From positions 2,987 through 66,986 of the forward strand of contig CAZTIP010000003.1 of assembly GCA_964613185.1 (NCBI GenBank): a DNA stretch of 64,000 nt, given 5' to 3'. Below the pieces are notes generated by a model that did not search any database, had not been told where the DNA came from, and saw nothing but the letters and a program-made list of their open reading frames with translations. This document shows, piece after piece, positions 18,775-29,395 of this stretch. Position 1 is the first letter of the stretch. Every line of letters begins with the position of its first letter. Origin of the DNA: Candidatus Woesearchaeota archaeon (lineage in GTDB: Archaea > Nanobdellota > Nanobdellia > Pacearchaeales > GW2011-AR1). Made by a program: the position numbers and the translations under genes.

Positions 18775-20466
18775 TTACATTTCTTTCAAAACTTTAATCC
18801 CTAGCAAATCCAAACTTTTACCCAAAGTAACTTTAAAAGAATAAACTAAATTTAATCTAAATCCCTCTTTTTCAGAACCTAAAACTTGGCAATCATGGTA
18901 AAATTCATTAAAGATTTGAGCTAATTCAAAAGAATAATTTGCAATCAAATTAGGAGCCAATTTTTCATAAGATTTTTCAACAATCTTCGGAAAAGAATCT
19001 ATCTTCTTCAATAATTTAACTTCGCTATCTTTCAAATCAATAAATTTAACTTTAGGAATTTCGCCAGCATTCTTTAAAATAGAATTAGCACGGGCATAGC
19101 TATAAAGTAAATAGGGCCCAGTATCTCCCTCAAAACTTGTAAATCTATCCAAATCAAATACTACATTATTTTCTCGAGAATTTTTCAAATCACCATAATA
19201 AATTGCTGAAAGGGCAATTATTTTGGAACGTTTATCAAGTTCATTTTTAGACAAATTTTCTTTATTACTTAAATTTTCACGAGCTTTTTCAATAACATCA
19301 TCTAAAATATCACCCATAAAAATAGTTTTACCTTTCCTAGTTGCAAATTTTTTACCATCATTATCTAAATAAAGCCCATGAGCAATATGAATACAATCCT
19401 TAAACCAAAAATATCCCAACTTTTCGAGAATTTTAAAGACTTGTTTAAAATGAAGTTTTTGTTCATTACCAACCTCATAAATCATCCTATGGAAATTATA
19501 TTTTTTCTTTCTAAAAATGGCTGCAGTTAAATCACGGGTAGCATAAAGGGAAGTGCCATCACTTTTTTGAATAAGTGAAACTCCTAAATTTTCGGAAGAC
19601 AAATCAACAATTTCCGCACCTTCATCTTTTTTCAAAAGTCTCTTTTTTCTTAAATCATCGACAACAAAATTCATTTTATTATTATAATTACTTTCTCCAG
19701 AAATAACATCAAAAGAGATTCCAAGAAAATCATAAATTGAATCAAATTCCTTCAAGGAAAGTTTTTTAAATTTTTTCCAAAGCATATTATTTTCCTTATC
19801 TCCTTCTTCTAATTTTTTAAATTCTAATCTAACTTCGGATTCAAATTTTTTATCATTAGCCCGAACATATAATTCCAATAAATGTTTTGAAGGATTTTTT
19901 TTAAGTTTATTTTCATCCCCCCATTTTTTAAATCCAAAAATAATTTTACCAAATTGAGTTCCCCAATCTCCTAAATAATTAATTTTCACTACAGAATAAC
20001 CATTAGCTTCGCAAATTTTCCCAATTGAATTTCCAATAATTGTTGACCTTAAATGTCCAATTCCAAAAGGTTTAGCAATATTTGGGGAAGACATATCAAT
20101 GACAATTTTTTTATTTTTTCCATTTTTATTTTTTCCAAAATCTTCTTTCAAAACTTCTTCAAAAACTCGCTTAACCAAAAAATTCTTATCAACAAAAAAA
20201 TTAACATATCCTCCATTAAAATCAACATTTGAAATTCCTTTAGGTAATTTTTTCCTAAATTTTTTACCCAAATCTTCTGCAACAATCAAAGGATTTTTAT
20301 TTTTAGGAAGAGGATACCCCAAATGTTTTAATTTTTTAGCTAAACTAAAACATGGAAATGCAAAATCTCCCATTTCATCCTTAGGAGGAACTTCAAGGAT
20401 TTTGTCAACTTCCCCAATAGAAAGTCCAAGTTCTTTAGCAATCATTTTTGAAATAATCAATCTCAT
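18775..20466 (-). CDS. argS: Arginine--tRNA ligase
   Basis: SSPNIAKPFGIGHLRSTIIG, NYLGDWGTQFG, LYATRDL, EGDTGPYLLYSYARANSI. Confidence 0.95.
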   Translation of the reverse strand: MRLIISKMIAKELGLSIGEVDKILEVPPKDEMGDFAFPCFSLAKKLKHLGYPLPKNKNPLIVAEDLGKKFRKKLPKGISNVDFNGGYVNFFVDKNFLVKRVFEEVLKEDFGKNKNGKNKKIVIDMSSPNIAKPFGIGHLRSTIIGNSIGKICEANGYSVVKINYLGDWGTQFGKIIFGFKKWGDENKLKKNPSKHLLELYVRANDKKFESEVRLEFKKLEEGDKENNMLWKKFKKLSLKEFDSIYDFLGISFDVISGESNYNNKMNFVVDDLRKKRLLKKDEGAEIVDLSSENLGVSLIQKSDGTSLYATRDLTAAIFRKKKYNFHRMIYEVGNEQKLHFKQVFKILEKLGYFWFKDCIHIAHGLYLDNDGKKFATRKGKTIFMGDILDDVIEKARENLSNKENLSKNELDKRSKIIALSAIYYGDLKNSRENNVVFDLDRFTSFEGDTGPYLLYSYARANSILKNAGEIPKVKFIDLKDSEVKLLKKIDSFPKIVEKSYEKLAPNLIANYSFELAQIFNEFYHDCQVLGSEKEGFRLNLVYSFKVTLGKSLDLLGIKVLKEM

Positions 20467-20491
20467 AATATCTCAACAAAAAATAGATTTA

Positions 20492-20776
20492 TTAAACTTT
20501 CTTAACAGAACATGCAGATTCAGAAACTTTTTCAGAACAATTTTCTTCAACATTTTTTTTAAAAAGACTAAGGGTCATAACTTTCAACCAATTAAAATGT
20601 AAAATCAAATGAATACCTACCAAAAAAGTAAGAATCAACCCAAATTTTGAATGGATGTCGAGTGTTGAAACTCCTAAAAAATCAAAACCACCATATTGTA
20701 AGATAAATCCAGCTAAAGAAACTACAATAAATGAAATCAACAAAAGTATATCAATCCAATAATTTGTTCTATCCAT
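20492..20776 (-). CDS. DUF4405-like membrane protein (His-ligated, cytochrome b-like)
   Basis: NYWID, two TM His (DIHSKFG, IHLILH..W). Confidence 0.65.
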   Translation of the reverse strand: MDRTNYWIDILLLISFIVVSLAGFILQYGGFDFLGVSTLDIHSKFGLILTFLVGIHLILHFNWLKVMTLSLFKKNVEENCSEKVSESACSVKKV

Positions 20777-20816
20777 AATTCAATTAAAACTTAATAGTTT
20801 ATTAATGTTTAGAAAA

Positions 20817-22535
20817 CTAAAAAATCGCCCACTCATTTTTCTTTTTTTGTTCCCTGTCCAAAACAGAATCTAACTTATTTATTCTAGGTCTTCCACTTTC
20901 AGAATCTTTTCTTAAAGTAACTTTCAAATCTTGAAGTAGTTTTGAAATTCCTTTCTTAAATTCTCTTATTTCAGATGCTCTTCCAGAAATTCCTCCAACA
21001 CCTTCAAAATTAATAATTGAATCTGCCAAATAACTAATAAATAATAAATCATGGTCAATAACAAATGCTGTTTTTTCTTTATCAATCATAATTTCTTTAA
21101 TTGCTTTAGCAACTGTAATTCTTTCTTCAACATCCAAATAAGCCGAAGGTTCATCTATCAAATAGATTTCTGCATCTTTTGCCAAACATCTTGCAACACT
21201 AAATCTTTGCAATTCCCCCCCGGATAATTCCCCCATAGTTTTTTCTTGCAAAACTCCTAAATTAAAAACACTCGCCAATTTTTTACCTATTTTTTCTCTA
21301 AACATAATTTCCCTAACCTTCTCCTTAGATTCAGTAAACAAATACTGAGGCTTATAGCTAATATCTAAATTTAAGTCTAATTTTCCCTTATCAGTTTCTA
21401 ATTCTCCAACAAGTGCCCTAAAAAAACTAGTTTTTCCAGTTCCATTTCTTCCCAAAACTCCAACAACATGATTTTGATGAATTTCTCCACCTTCAACTTT
21501 CAGTTCAAAACCACTTTCAAATTTCAAATTGAACGAAGGCCATTCGGCAATTTTAATCCCACTATTCAGGGAATTTTTAGTAAAATTAAAATGAAGTTCT
21601 TTATCCCTAATTCTTAAATTTTCTTCCCTTAGAAATCCTTGAAGATAGGAATTAACCCCCTTTTTAGAAGATTTCAAACCGCTAACAATCCCGTAAGAAC
21701 CTTGACCACCATAAAAAATATTTAGATAGTCTGTAAGATAATCTAAAATCAATAAATCATGTTCAACAACTATGACAGATTTATTCTTTCCAAAATTTTT
21801 AATAAAATCACTTACTTTCAATCGTTCACCAATATCTAAATAAGCAAGAGGTTCATCAAAGAAGTAAATATCTGCATCACCTAAACTAGTTGCAAGAATA
21901 GAAATTCTCTGCAATTCCCCTCCAGAAAGTTTATTCATTTTATTATTTAAAACATTCTCAACCCCTAAAATTTCTGCTAATTTTTTAATCTCAGAAACTT
22001 TGCCTCGTTTCTTCAACAAATCAAAAGCAACGACATCGACAGATAATGCCGATAAATTCTGAGGCTTATAAGAAATCTTTTTATTTTTTAATAATTCAAA
22101 ATATCTCAATAATTCATTTCCCTTAAAAAATTCGTTAATTCTTTCTTCATTAGATTCTCCTCCAAAATTCATTTCCTCTTGTCCTGCCAAAATTTTTACA
22201 GCAGTAGATTTTCCAATTCCATTTCTTCCAAGTAAACCCAAAACAGAATTTTCCTTAGGTGTTGGAAGTCCATAAAGTGTAAATCCATTTTCTCCATAAC
22301 GGTGAACAATATCTTTTTCATCTACCGAAGGCAAATTAATTATTTCTATAGCTCCAAACGGACACCTCTTAACACAGATTTTACATCCAATACAAGTACT
22401 CTCATCAATTTTAGCTTTATTCCCCACAACAATACAACTATCCAAATCCTTTTTTTCAACTGGACACGATTTTTTACACTCAAGAGCACAAAGAGTCGGC
22501 TTACATTTTTTTCTATTAATTATTGCTAATTGCAT
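20817..22535 (-). CDS. rli: ABCE1/RLI ribosome recycling ATPase
   Basis: N-terminal Fe-S cysteines (CIGCKICVKRCP), two ABC cassettes with LSGGELQR. Confidence 0.95.
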   Translation of the reverse strand: MQLAIINRKKCKPTLCALECKKSCPVEKKDLDSCIVVGNKAKIDESTCIGCKICVKRCPFGAIEIINLPSVDEKDIVHRYGENGFTLYGLPTPKENSVLGLLGRNGIGKSTAVKILAGQEEMNFGGESNEERINEFFKGNELLRYFELLKNKKISYKPQNLSALSVDVVAFDLLKKRGKVSEIKKLAEILGVENVLNNKMNKLSGGELQRISILATSLGDADIYFFDEPLAYLDIGERLKVSDFIKNFGKNKSVIVVEHDLLILDYLTDYLNIFYGGQGSYGIVSGLKSSKKGVNSYLQGFLREENLRIRDKELHFNFTKNSLNSGIKIAEWPSFNLKFESGFELKVEGGEIHQNHVVGVLGRNGTGKTSFFRALVGELETDKGKLDLNLDISYKPQYLFTESKEKVREIMFREKIGKKLASVFNLGVLQEKTMGELSGGELQRFSVARCLAKDAEIYLIDEPSAYLDVEERITVAKAIKEIMIDKEKTAFVIDHDLLFISYLADSIINFEGVGGISGRASEIREFKKGISKLLQDLKVTLRKDSESGRPRINKLDSVLDREQKKKNEWAIF

Positions 22536-22569
22536 ATTCCCAAATAGAAATCTTTAATTTTAAAGTTAA

Positions 22570-22782
22570 CTAAAAATCATTAACATTTTTACCACATTCA
22601 GGACAAAATTTTTCTCCACCTTCAAGTGCCCAATTACACCCTAAACATCTCCTAATATCTTTTCGTTCCTCAATAATTGCCTCATAATCATCTCGTCCAG
22701 ATAAAATTTTTCCCATAATTGATTTGATTTTTTCTTTATCTTCTCCATCTTCTTGAAATTTCGTTAAATCAAATCCTTCCAC
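22570..22782 (-). CDS. Zinc-ribbon protein
   Basis: CLGC...FCPECG; GTG start. Confidence 0.7.
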   Translation of the reverse strand: MEGFDLTKFQEDGEDKEKIKSIMGKILSGRDDYEAIIEERKDIRRCLGCNWALEGGEKFCPECGKNVNDF

Positions 22783-22783
22783 A

Positions 22784-23014
22784 TTAAACTCCTTCCCTCA
22801 TAACAGTTTTATATTTTTTATCAAATTTCTTTTTCTTTTTCCAAGATAAAATTCCTTCAAGGGCCAAACCAATTCCTGCCAAAAACCAAAACCAATCAGA
22901 AGAAATTTCCCAACCATAAACTAATTTTAAAATAACCCCCAGGCTAATCGCAAACCCAGTAATCACCAAACTATAGTAATTAATATAATCTTTAATCATA
23001 AAAAATAATAACAA
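22784..23014 (-). CDS. Small membrane protein (start probably ~22999)
   Basis: Two TM helices, Lys-rich C-terminus. Confidence 0.6.
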   Translation of the reverse strand: MLLFFMIKDYINYYSLVITGFAISLGVILKLVYGWEISSDWFWFLAGIGLALEGILSWKKKKKFDKKYKTVMREGV

Positions 23015-23054
23015 AATGATTTTATAAAATTAACTCAAAGAATCAAAATAAAAA

Positions 23055-23327
23055 CTATTTGAGTTCTTTTTCCAATTCGCTTCTCCCCTTATCTTCTCCA
23101 TGCTTAATTTGATTATAAATCCCAAGGCATATAGATGCAATTGCAGGAACACCGATAAGATAGGGATGGTCCATCTTTTGATCCTCAATATCTACAAATC
23201 CTGCAATAACCGAAAGAGACGCAATACCACAGGCAACACCATCATAAAATTCCCTACAAGAATAATCCCTTAATTTCTGAACGTTTTCCTTCACCTTAAC
23301 ACTCATAAATAACTCAAGAAAGGCCAA
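23055..23327 (-). CDS. Small membrane hypothetical protein (start uncertain)
   Basis: Two hydrophobic segments; no family recognised. Confidence 0.5.
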   Translation of the reverse strand: MAFLELFMSVKVKENVQKLRDYSCREFYDGVACGIASLSVIAGFVDIEDQKMDHPYLIGVPAIASICLGIYNQIKHGEDKGRSELEKELK

Positions 23328-23490
23328 CTTATAATTCTTTTGGTTTTAAAACGTCATCTGAATTCTTTTTCTAAATCCTCAATACAGTTATATTTCTTAC
23401 AGAGATGTTGACTAAATTCTTATAATTTCCTGAAGAAATATGTTAAATGAGTTAAAGTTAGTTGTATAGCTTGTTAATCCAACACAAAAA

Positions 23491-23591
23491 AGCCTCTGGC
23501 CGGGATTAAACCGACGACCTCTTGATTTTTCGAATTTATCTTAACCTAAAAACTTACGAATCAAGCGCTCTATCAACTGAGCTACAAAGGC
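23491..23591 (-). tRNA. tRNA-Thr(CGT) with 28-nt canonical 37/38 intron (23527-23554)
   Basis: Acceptor GCCTTTG/CAGAGGC; spliced anticodon arm CTTGA-TTCGTAA-TCAAG; bulge-helix-bulge TTCG/CGAA with 3-nt bulges. Confidence 0.9.
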
Positions 23592-23628
23592 ACAAAAAAT
23601 AAAACTATTCACAACTTATTAAACTTTC

Positions 23629-24258
23629 TCAACAACCAAATTCACCCTTAATTGGACAAGTCGTAGATACCAAGTCTTCGCGAATTTCGCCAGGGGCAGA
23701 GCCAGAAATTACATAATCTTCTACATTAGTAGTATTCCATTCATGAGGATGATTCCATAAAGTCCAAAAATACCGCCATTCATTCCATCCAATTCCTAAT
23801 TTCTGAACATAAATATCATTTTCAACAAGCATTTTTCCAACTTTACTTCCAGTCATACACGGGATACTATAACAATAAATAATTATATCCTTATCAGGAT
23901 TATCCCCAATCAATTTTTCAAAAGAATTTACAATTCTTTCAACATCTCCATAAGCAGATTTATAACGTGATTTATAAGCCGGAATATTTACTGCACCAAT
24001 AATATGTTCTTCTAAATATTCTTCCTCACTTCTTAAATCTACTAAAATAAAGCTATCATCTCCTTTAACCATCCCCTTCCGGATATGATGTGGACTTACC
24101 TGAACTTCATTCTCCGAAAGATAATAATCCTTAATCAATTCCTCAGAACTCTTTTCTTGAAATTTAATAACTGCAAATGTTGAAAGCGAAGCAATAATCG
24201 AACTAGTTAAAATTACCAAAAACAAAAATCTAAAAACAAATTTTTTACTTAATCTCAT
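23629..24258 (-). CDS. Membrane-anchored rhodanese-like protein
   Basis: LVDLRSEEEYLEEHIIGAVNIP, IIYCYS active-site loop, N-terminal TM. Confidence 0.85.
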   Translation of the reverse strand: MRLSKKFVFRFLFLVILTSSIIASLSTFAVIKFQEKSSEELIKDYYLSENEVQVSPHHIRKGMVKGDDSFILVDLRSEEEYLEEHIIGAVNIPAYKSRYKSAYGDVERIVNSFEKLIGDNPDKDIIIYCYSIPCMTGSKVGKMLVENDIYVQKLGIGWNEWRYFWTLWNHPHEWNTTNVEDYVISGSAPGEIREDLVSTTCPIKGEFGC

Positions 24259-24259
24259 T

Positions 24260-24616
24260 TTAATCAGATAAACTACATTCAGTCAAGGCAGCTAATTTTT
24301 CAAGAGGCTGAACACCAGAATAAGTTTCTTCATTTATTTTCCAAGTTGGATATCCAGTAACATCATTTAACAAACATTCTTCTTTATTAAAATCACAATT
24401 TACATAATCGATTTTCTTAAAAGATTTACCAAAAAGTGCCTTTTGTTTTTTACAATAAGAACACCAATCAGTTCCATACATAACAGCTTCTTTTTCAGTT
24501 AAACAACTAGCAAAAGAATCAAATTCCCCCGCAGTATCTGGAACAATTAAATAAATTAACAAGATTAAAAATCCAATTCCAAAATAAAACCAAAAATTCT
24601 TCAACATTTTTTTCAT
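24260..24616 (-). CDS. Membrane-anchored thioredoxin/glutaredoxin-like protein
   Basis: MYGTDWCSYC, GYPTW cis-Pro motif. Confidence 0.82.
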   Translation of the reverse strand: MKKMLKNFWFYFGIGFLILLIYLIVPDTAGEFDSFASCLTEKEAVMYGTDWCSYCKKQKALFGKSFKKIDYVNCDFNKEECLLNDVTGYPTWKINEETYSGVQPLEKLAALTECSLSD

Positions 24617-24664
24617 AAATTTAACAAAAAATTGTACTATTTAAATTCTTTGATAAAATAGTTT

Positions 24665-26875
24665 TTAAATTTTCTTTCGCCTAAGTAAATTTGCATTTCC
24701 AACAACAGTTATTGAAGACAACGCCATCGCAATTTCAGCAATTACAGGGTGTAAAAATCCTGCAACGGCAACAGGAATTGCGATAGAATTATATGCAAAA
24801 GCCCAAAATAAATTTTGTTTAATCTTTCCAAAAGTAGCTTTTGATAAATTGATTGATTGGACAACACCTTCCAAGGAACCTTTAGCCAAAACTAAATCTC
24901 CTGCCTCAATAGCAATGTCCGTTCCAGTTCCTAATGCAATTCCAACATTCGCTTCTTTCAAAGCAGGAGCATCATTAACGCCATCTCCAACAAATGCAAC
25001 CATAGATTTTTCTTTCAAAATTTTAACTTTTTTAGCTTTCTCTCTCGGAAGAACGCCTGCAATAACTTCATTAATTCCAACTTTTCGAGCAATAGCTTTT
25101 GCAGTCCGCAAATTATCTCCTGTAATCATAATAGTTTTGTAACCTCTACTATTTAATTGTTCAATAGCATGAACAGAATCCTCTTTCAATGCATCAGCAA
25201 CAGCGATAATTCCAATAACTTGTTCATCTTCACTAACTACCATTGTGGTTTTACCTTGGGATTCAAACAATCCAATTTTTTCAACATATCTTTTCAAAGA
25301 AATATTTCGTTCATTCATCAAAGCTTCATTTCCAATTAAAATTTTCTTAGTTCCTAAAATTCCTTCAACACCTCGGCCACGAAGAATTTTAAAAGATTTA
25401 ACTTTGCGATATCTTTTCAAATTTGCACCTTTAACAATCGCCTTAGAAAGCGGGTGTTCGCTCAATTTTTCCAAACTAGCAGAAATATCCAATAAATAAT
25501 TTTTATCTCCAAGGGTAAATACATCTGTAATTTCAGGTTTCCCTTTTGTAATCGTTCCAGTTTTATCAAAAACAATTGTCTTAATTTTCTTCATAGTTTG
25601 AATTGCCTCTCCTCGCCGAATCAAAATTCCTTTTTTAGCACCAATTCCACTTCCCACCATCAATGCAGTAGGCGTTGCCAATCCCAAAGCACAAGGGCAC
25701 GCAATCACCAAAACAGAAACCATAACTCCAATTGCCCTCCCCCAATCATCAGTAAAGAAAAATCCCCACGATAAAAGTGTCAAAAGGGCAATAACTAAAA
25801 CAATGGGAACAAAAATACTTGTAATTTTATCGGCAAGAGCTTGAATGGGAATTTTAGTTCCTTGTGCTTCTTCAACCAATTTAATAATATGTGAAAGAAA
25901 GGTATCTTTTCCAATTTTAGTTGCCTTAATATACAAAATTCCATCCTGATTAATTGTTGCTCCAATTACTGAACTTCCTTTAATTTTTTCAACGGGCAAA
26001 CTCTCTCCAGTAACCATAGATTCATCGACAGAACTTTCACCGTTAAAAACAATCCCGTCAGTGGGAATTTTTTCACCGGGCCTAACCAATAAAATATCTC
26101 CAACAATAATTTCAGAAACGACAATACTAATTTCTTTTTTATTTCGGATAACTACTGCATTTTTTGCACCCATTTCTAACAATTTTTTTATTTCCTGTCC
26201 TGCACGTCCCTTAGCTTTAGTTTCAACATATTTCCCAGTAAAAAAGAAAGTCATAATCATCGCAGAAATTCCAGAATAATCTAAAACCTCAATAAAAAAA
26301 CTTAAAATTCCAGTCAAATAAGCAACCACGGTCCCCAAAGATATCAGAGAATCCATATTAAAATAAAAGCTTGTAAAACCTTTCAACCCCCCCTTAAGAG
26401 TACTTTTACCAAAGACAAAGATTACTGGAAAAGATAAAACAAGTAAAATAGTTGTCATAATTTCCTTGCTAAATAATTCAAAACCCAAAATTTTAGCAGA
26501 AAACATAATCAACATGATAGGTAGTGTAATTCCCCAAGACCACATAGTTCTTTTTTTCCACATTAAAATTTCGTCATCGTCAGGAGTTTTAGAATGTTCA
26601 TGACCTTCCATTTTCATTTCACTCATTTCATTAGAAGAAGAGTTCTTCTCAACAGAAGATTTTTCAATAATAAAATTCTTAACGGAATAATTTCCAACTT
26701 TGGAAACTGCTTTTTTCAAACTTTCTTCATTAACTTCGCCTTCGATAAAACCCTTTTTAGTCAAAAAATTAATATTCGCACTTTTTACACCCTTCACTTT
26801 CCCAATACTTTTTTCTATATTTATAGCACAACTAGCACAATTCATTCCAGCAATTTCTATTTTAATTTTTTTCAT
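24665..26875 (-). CDS. copA: Cu(I)-translocating P1B-type ATPase
   Basis: GMNCASC HMA domain, [24 protein letters not shown] and MALSS Cu(I) signatures. Confidence 0.95.
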   Translation of the reverse strand: MKKIKIEIAGMNCASCAINIEKSIGKVKGVKSANINFLTKKGFIEGEVNEESLKKAVSKVGNYSVKNFIIEKSSVEKNSSSNEMSEMKMEGHEHSKTPDDDEILMWKKRTMWSWGITLPIMLIMFSAKILGFELFSKEIMTTILLVLSFPVIFVFGKSTLKGGLKGFTSFYFNMDSLISLGTVVAYLTGILSFFIEVLDYSGISAMIMTFFFTGKYVETKAKGRAGQEIKKLLEMGAKNAVVIRNKKEISIVVSEIIVGDILLVRPGEKIPTDGIVFNGESSVDESMVTGESLPVEKIKGSSVIGATINQDGILYIKATKIGKDTFLSHIIKLVEEAQGTKIPIQALADKITSIFVPIVLVIALLTLLSWGFFFTDDWGRAIGVMVSVLVIACPCALGLATPTALMVGSGIGAKKGILIRRGEAIQTMKKIKTIVFDKTGTITKGKPEITDVFTLGDKNYLLDISASLEKLSEHPLSKAIVKGANLKRYRKVKSFKILRGRGVEGILGTKKILIGNEALMNERNISLKRYVEKIGLFESQGKTTMVVSEDEQVIGIIAVADALKEDSVHAIEQLNSRGYKTIMITGDNLRTAKAIARKVGINEVIAGVLPREKAKKVKILKEKSMVAFVGDGVNDAPALKEANVGIALGTGTDIAIEAGDLVLAKGSLEGVVQSINLSKATFGKIKQNLFWAFAYNSIAIPVAVAGFLHPVIAEIAMALSSITVVGNANLLRRKKI

Positions 26876-26920
26876 AAATCCATTTAGTTTTATTATATTT
26901 ATTCAATCAATTCTTAAATA

Positions 26921-27184
26921 TTAAGAAAATTGATTATAAAAATAAGCAATTAACCAACCACTAATAAATCCCCAAAGAGATGCTTCAACAGCTCCTAAAA
27001 AAATTCCCAGAGGGCTTAATGAAAAAAAGAGATGCCATTCACTCATTTGGTTAACTGCATTAGAATAAACTCCTAAATTTCCAAAAATTCCAAAGAGAAT
27101 CATACTCAATCCAGAAACAATAGCTAAGCCATATCCCAACCCTTTTTCACTTAGTTTTTTTACCATAATAAAACCTCCTTTCAA
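26921..27184 (-). CDS. Small membrane protein (DUF5676-like; start probably ~27166)
   Basis: Two TM helices, C-terminal GWLIAYFYN; family call from memory of similar copper-cluster proteins. Confidence 0.6.
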   Translation of the reverse strand: MKGGFIMVKKLSEKGLGYGLAIVSGLSMILFGIFGNLGVYSNAVNQMSEWHLFFSLSPLGIFLGAVEASLWGFISGWLIAYFYNQFS

Positions 27185-27234
27185 AATTATAAAGCAAACA
27201 AGACATTATATAATTTGCCATTTAACAATAAAAA

Positions 27235-27372
27235 TCAATCAACCTCTACCGCATATTTAATCAATTCAGTATTGCAGGCCTTATTTTCCTTACAGAATTT
27301 TTCACATTTCTTAGATAATTCTAATGAAGGATATTTCATTTTACAAATTTTACATTCAAATACTTCCGCCAT
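27235..27372 (-). CDS. 45-aa Cys-rich metal-binding peptide, absent from ORF track
   Basis: MAEVFECKICKMKYPSLELSKKCEKFCKENKACNTELIKYAVEVD; TAATG coupling to DUF302 gene. Confidence 0.75.
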   Translation of the reverse strand: MAEVFECKICKMKYPSLELSKKCEKFCKENKACNTELIKYAVEVD

Positions 27373-27755
27373 TAGATACTATTAATTACTTTTTTTAATT
27401 TATTTTCAACTTCAAAAGCTATTTTTCCAAGTTCTTCATTTTCAATCATCGCCATAGCAACGGTTGGCAAAATAGCAGAAACAAAAATTTCTCCCTTATC
27501 TGAATAAACTAAAACATTACAAGGCAAAAGCAAACCAATTTCTTTAACAGATTTCAAAGCCTTAAAAGCAAAAGGGGGATTACAGGCACCAAGGATAATA
27601 TAATCCTCAAAATCTTCATTCAATTTAATCTTCAAAGTTTTCTTTACATCTATCTCTGTCAAAATTCCAAATCCCGCTTTCTTCAATTCTTCACGAGTTT
27701 TTTCAACAGCTTCATCAAAATCAAATTCAACTTTTTTCTTATATCCTATTTCCAT
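27372..27755 (-). CDS. DUF302 domain protein
   Basis: GFGILTEIDV, ILGACNP, IGLLLPCNV. Confidence 0.9.
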   Translation of the reverse strand: MEIGYKKKVEFDFDEAVEKTREELKKAGFGILTEIDVKKTLKIKLNEDFEDYIILGACNPPFAFKALKSVKEIGLLLPCNVLVYSDKGEIFVSAILPTVAMAMIENEELGKIAFEVENKLKKVINSI

Positions 27756-27768
27756 TTTTCAAATAAAT

Positions 27769-28242
27769 CTAAATCATCTCTCGGGTAACTAAAAAAGATG
27801 AAAAATAAATCCATACCACTGACAAGGCCTTCAATTCCAAACCTCTAAAAGGTAAATACATCAAAGCTAATGGCATGCCCAAAAGAGAAAATAAAAATGC
27901 CCCACAAGTCGCACATCCTGCCCCAAACATTCCAATGATCAATCCAAATGAGCCAAAAAATCCGACTTTAGAAACTTCACTAACTTTCTTAATTTTATAA
28001 AAAACCAATGCAGAAAATATTCCAAACATCAAAGAAATCAGTGTCAATAAAATCATATCCACAAAAACCAAATTAACTCCACTCATCAGAACAAGAATTC
28101 CAAATTCTTGATTAGCAACTGTTTTCAAGGTAAATTTCCATAGAATAAAAAAGACAAAAAATCCAGAAAACAAAAATATTAAAAAATAATTTCTTTGAGA
28201 TAAAACTTTCAAAACAAACGAGTGAAATTCTTTAAACTTCAT
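27769..28242 (-). CDS. Membrane protein with intramembrane GCATCG motif
   Basis: Four hydrophobic helices, CxxC in TM3. Confidence 0.7.
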   Translation of the reverse strand: MKFKEFHSFVLKVLSQRNYFLIFLFSGFFVFFILWKFTLKTVANQEFGILVLMSGVNLVFVDMILLTLISLMFGIFSALVFYKIKKVSEVSKVGFFGSFGLIIGMFGAGCATCGAFLFSLLGMPLALMYLPFRGLELKALSVVWIYFSSFLVTREMI

Positions 28243-28247
28243 TTCAC

Positions 28248-28739
28248 CTAAACCTGATCACCAATAGCGATACCATATTTTTCTTCAATAATTCTCATAA
28301 TGGCTTCTTTCTCTCCTGTTTTTTCAGAAATAGCCTCGGCAAAATATTCTGAAAGGTAGGGATTTCCATGACCTTCCAAAATTCCACCAATACATTCCAT
28401 GCAAGGGTGTTTTCCACTAATCACATCCTTAATGCAAGAACAAGTAGCACCGTCTCCATGTCCAGGAGTTTTTTCAATACAATAAGTGCAAGGTTTTTCT
28501 AAACAACACTTATACCCCCCATTATCTAAAAGATTTCCATGAATTGAATTTTTAAGAGAAATCATATTTTCCCGAAGAGATTCCATTGATTCATGGTTAT
28601 GAGATTCAAAATCCTGAGAAGATTCCACATTCATATAATGGTGCCCATTAAAAGGAAAAACGCTAACAAAAAGAATTACAACCAATAACAATATACCGAC
28701 AAAATATCCTTTAATAAACAAATCAGACTTATGCTTCAT
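28248..28739 (-). CDS. Membrane-anchored Cys/His-rich putative metal-binding protein
   Basis: N-terminal TM, HHYM..HNHESM, CCLEKPCTYC, CSC, PCMEC. Confidence 0.72.
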   Translation of the reverse strand: MKHKSDLFIKGYFVGILLLVVILFVSVFPFNGHHYMNVESSQDFESHNHESMESLRENMISLKNSIHGNLLDNGGYKCCLEKPCTYCIEKTPGHGDGATCSCIKDVISGKHPCMECIGGILEGHGNPYLSEYFAEAISEKTGEKEAIMRIIEEKYGIAIGDQV

Positions 28740-28740
28740 T

Positions 28741-29208
28741 TTAAATCCTCATGAACTCGCCATAACTTCCATCATGATTAACTGAATAAATAATCCACTC
28801 CTTATTTTTAACACCTGGCATTCCTGGACTTCCAGCAGGCATTCCTGGAAGTGCTATTCCTGCAATATCTGGCTTTTCTTCAAGCAATTTATTTATTGCA
28901 TCAATTGGAATATGGCCTTCAACAAAATAATCTCCAAACATGGAGGTATGACAACTCCTCAATTCTGAAGGAATTCCCTTTTCATCCTTAAACCAATCTA
29001 CAGTTTCAAATTTATTAACATTAACACTAAATCCTTCTCCTGAAAGATATTTAGAATGAGAGCCACAACATCCACAACTTGCAGATTTATACATCTGAAC
29101 ATCTGCAAGATCTCCGTAAGAAACTGTATTCCCTGTGATGCTTGGACCAATCAAAAAAAAAGTAAGGAGAAGTAAACTTCCCGCTAAAAAATAGATTCCT
29201 TTTGCCAT
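28741..29208 (-). CDS. DUF411 (CopG-like) metal-binding protein
   Basis: YKSASCGCC, SCHT, VEGHIP, GIALPGMPAGSPGM. Confidence 0.9.
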   Translation of the reverse strand: MAKGIYFLAGSLLLLTFFLIGPSITGNTVSYGDLADVQMYKSASCGCCGSHSKYLSGEGFSVNVNKFETVDWFKDEKGIPSELRSCHTSMFGDYFVEGHIPIDAINKLLEEKPDIAGIALPGMPAGSPGMPGVKNKEWIIYSVNHDGSYGEFMRI

Positions 29209-29220
29209 CTTATTTAAAAA

Positions 29221-29394
29221 TTAACAACCCCCAACCATTCCGGAAGAACTCGCACTAGAAGAAACTGTTTTTGCAGAAGTAGTTCCAACATCCATTAACA
29301 CATTAAGTGTCGCTGTCTGCCAAACAACTACCAAAGATAAAACGCCTAAAACAACTCCTGCAATAATCCAAAAAGTTTTTTTATCCATATCCAT
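29221..29394 (-). CDS. 57-aa membrane-anchored peptide ending GMVGGC
   Basis: More likely start ATG 29394 immediately after upstream stop; TM helix, Ser-rich linker, MVGGC terminus. Confidence 0.7.
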   Translation of the reverse strand: MDMDKKTFWIIAGVVLGVLSLVVVWQTATLNVLMDVGTTSAKTVSSSASSSGMVGGC

Positions 29395-29395
29395 A

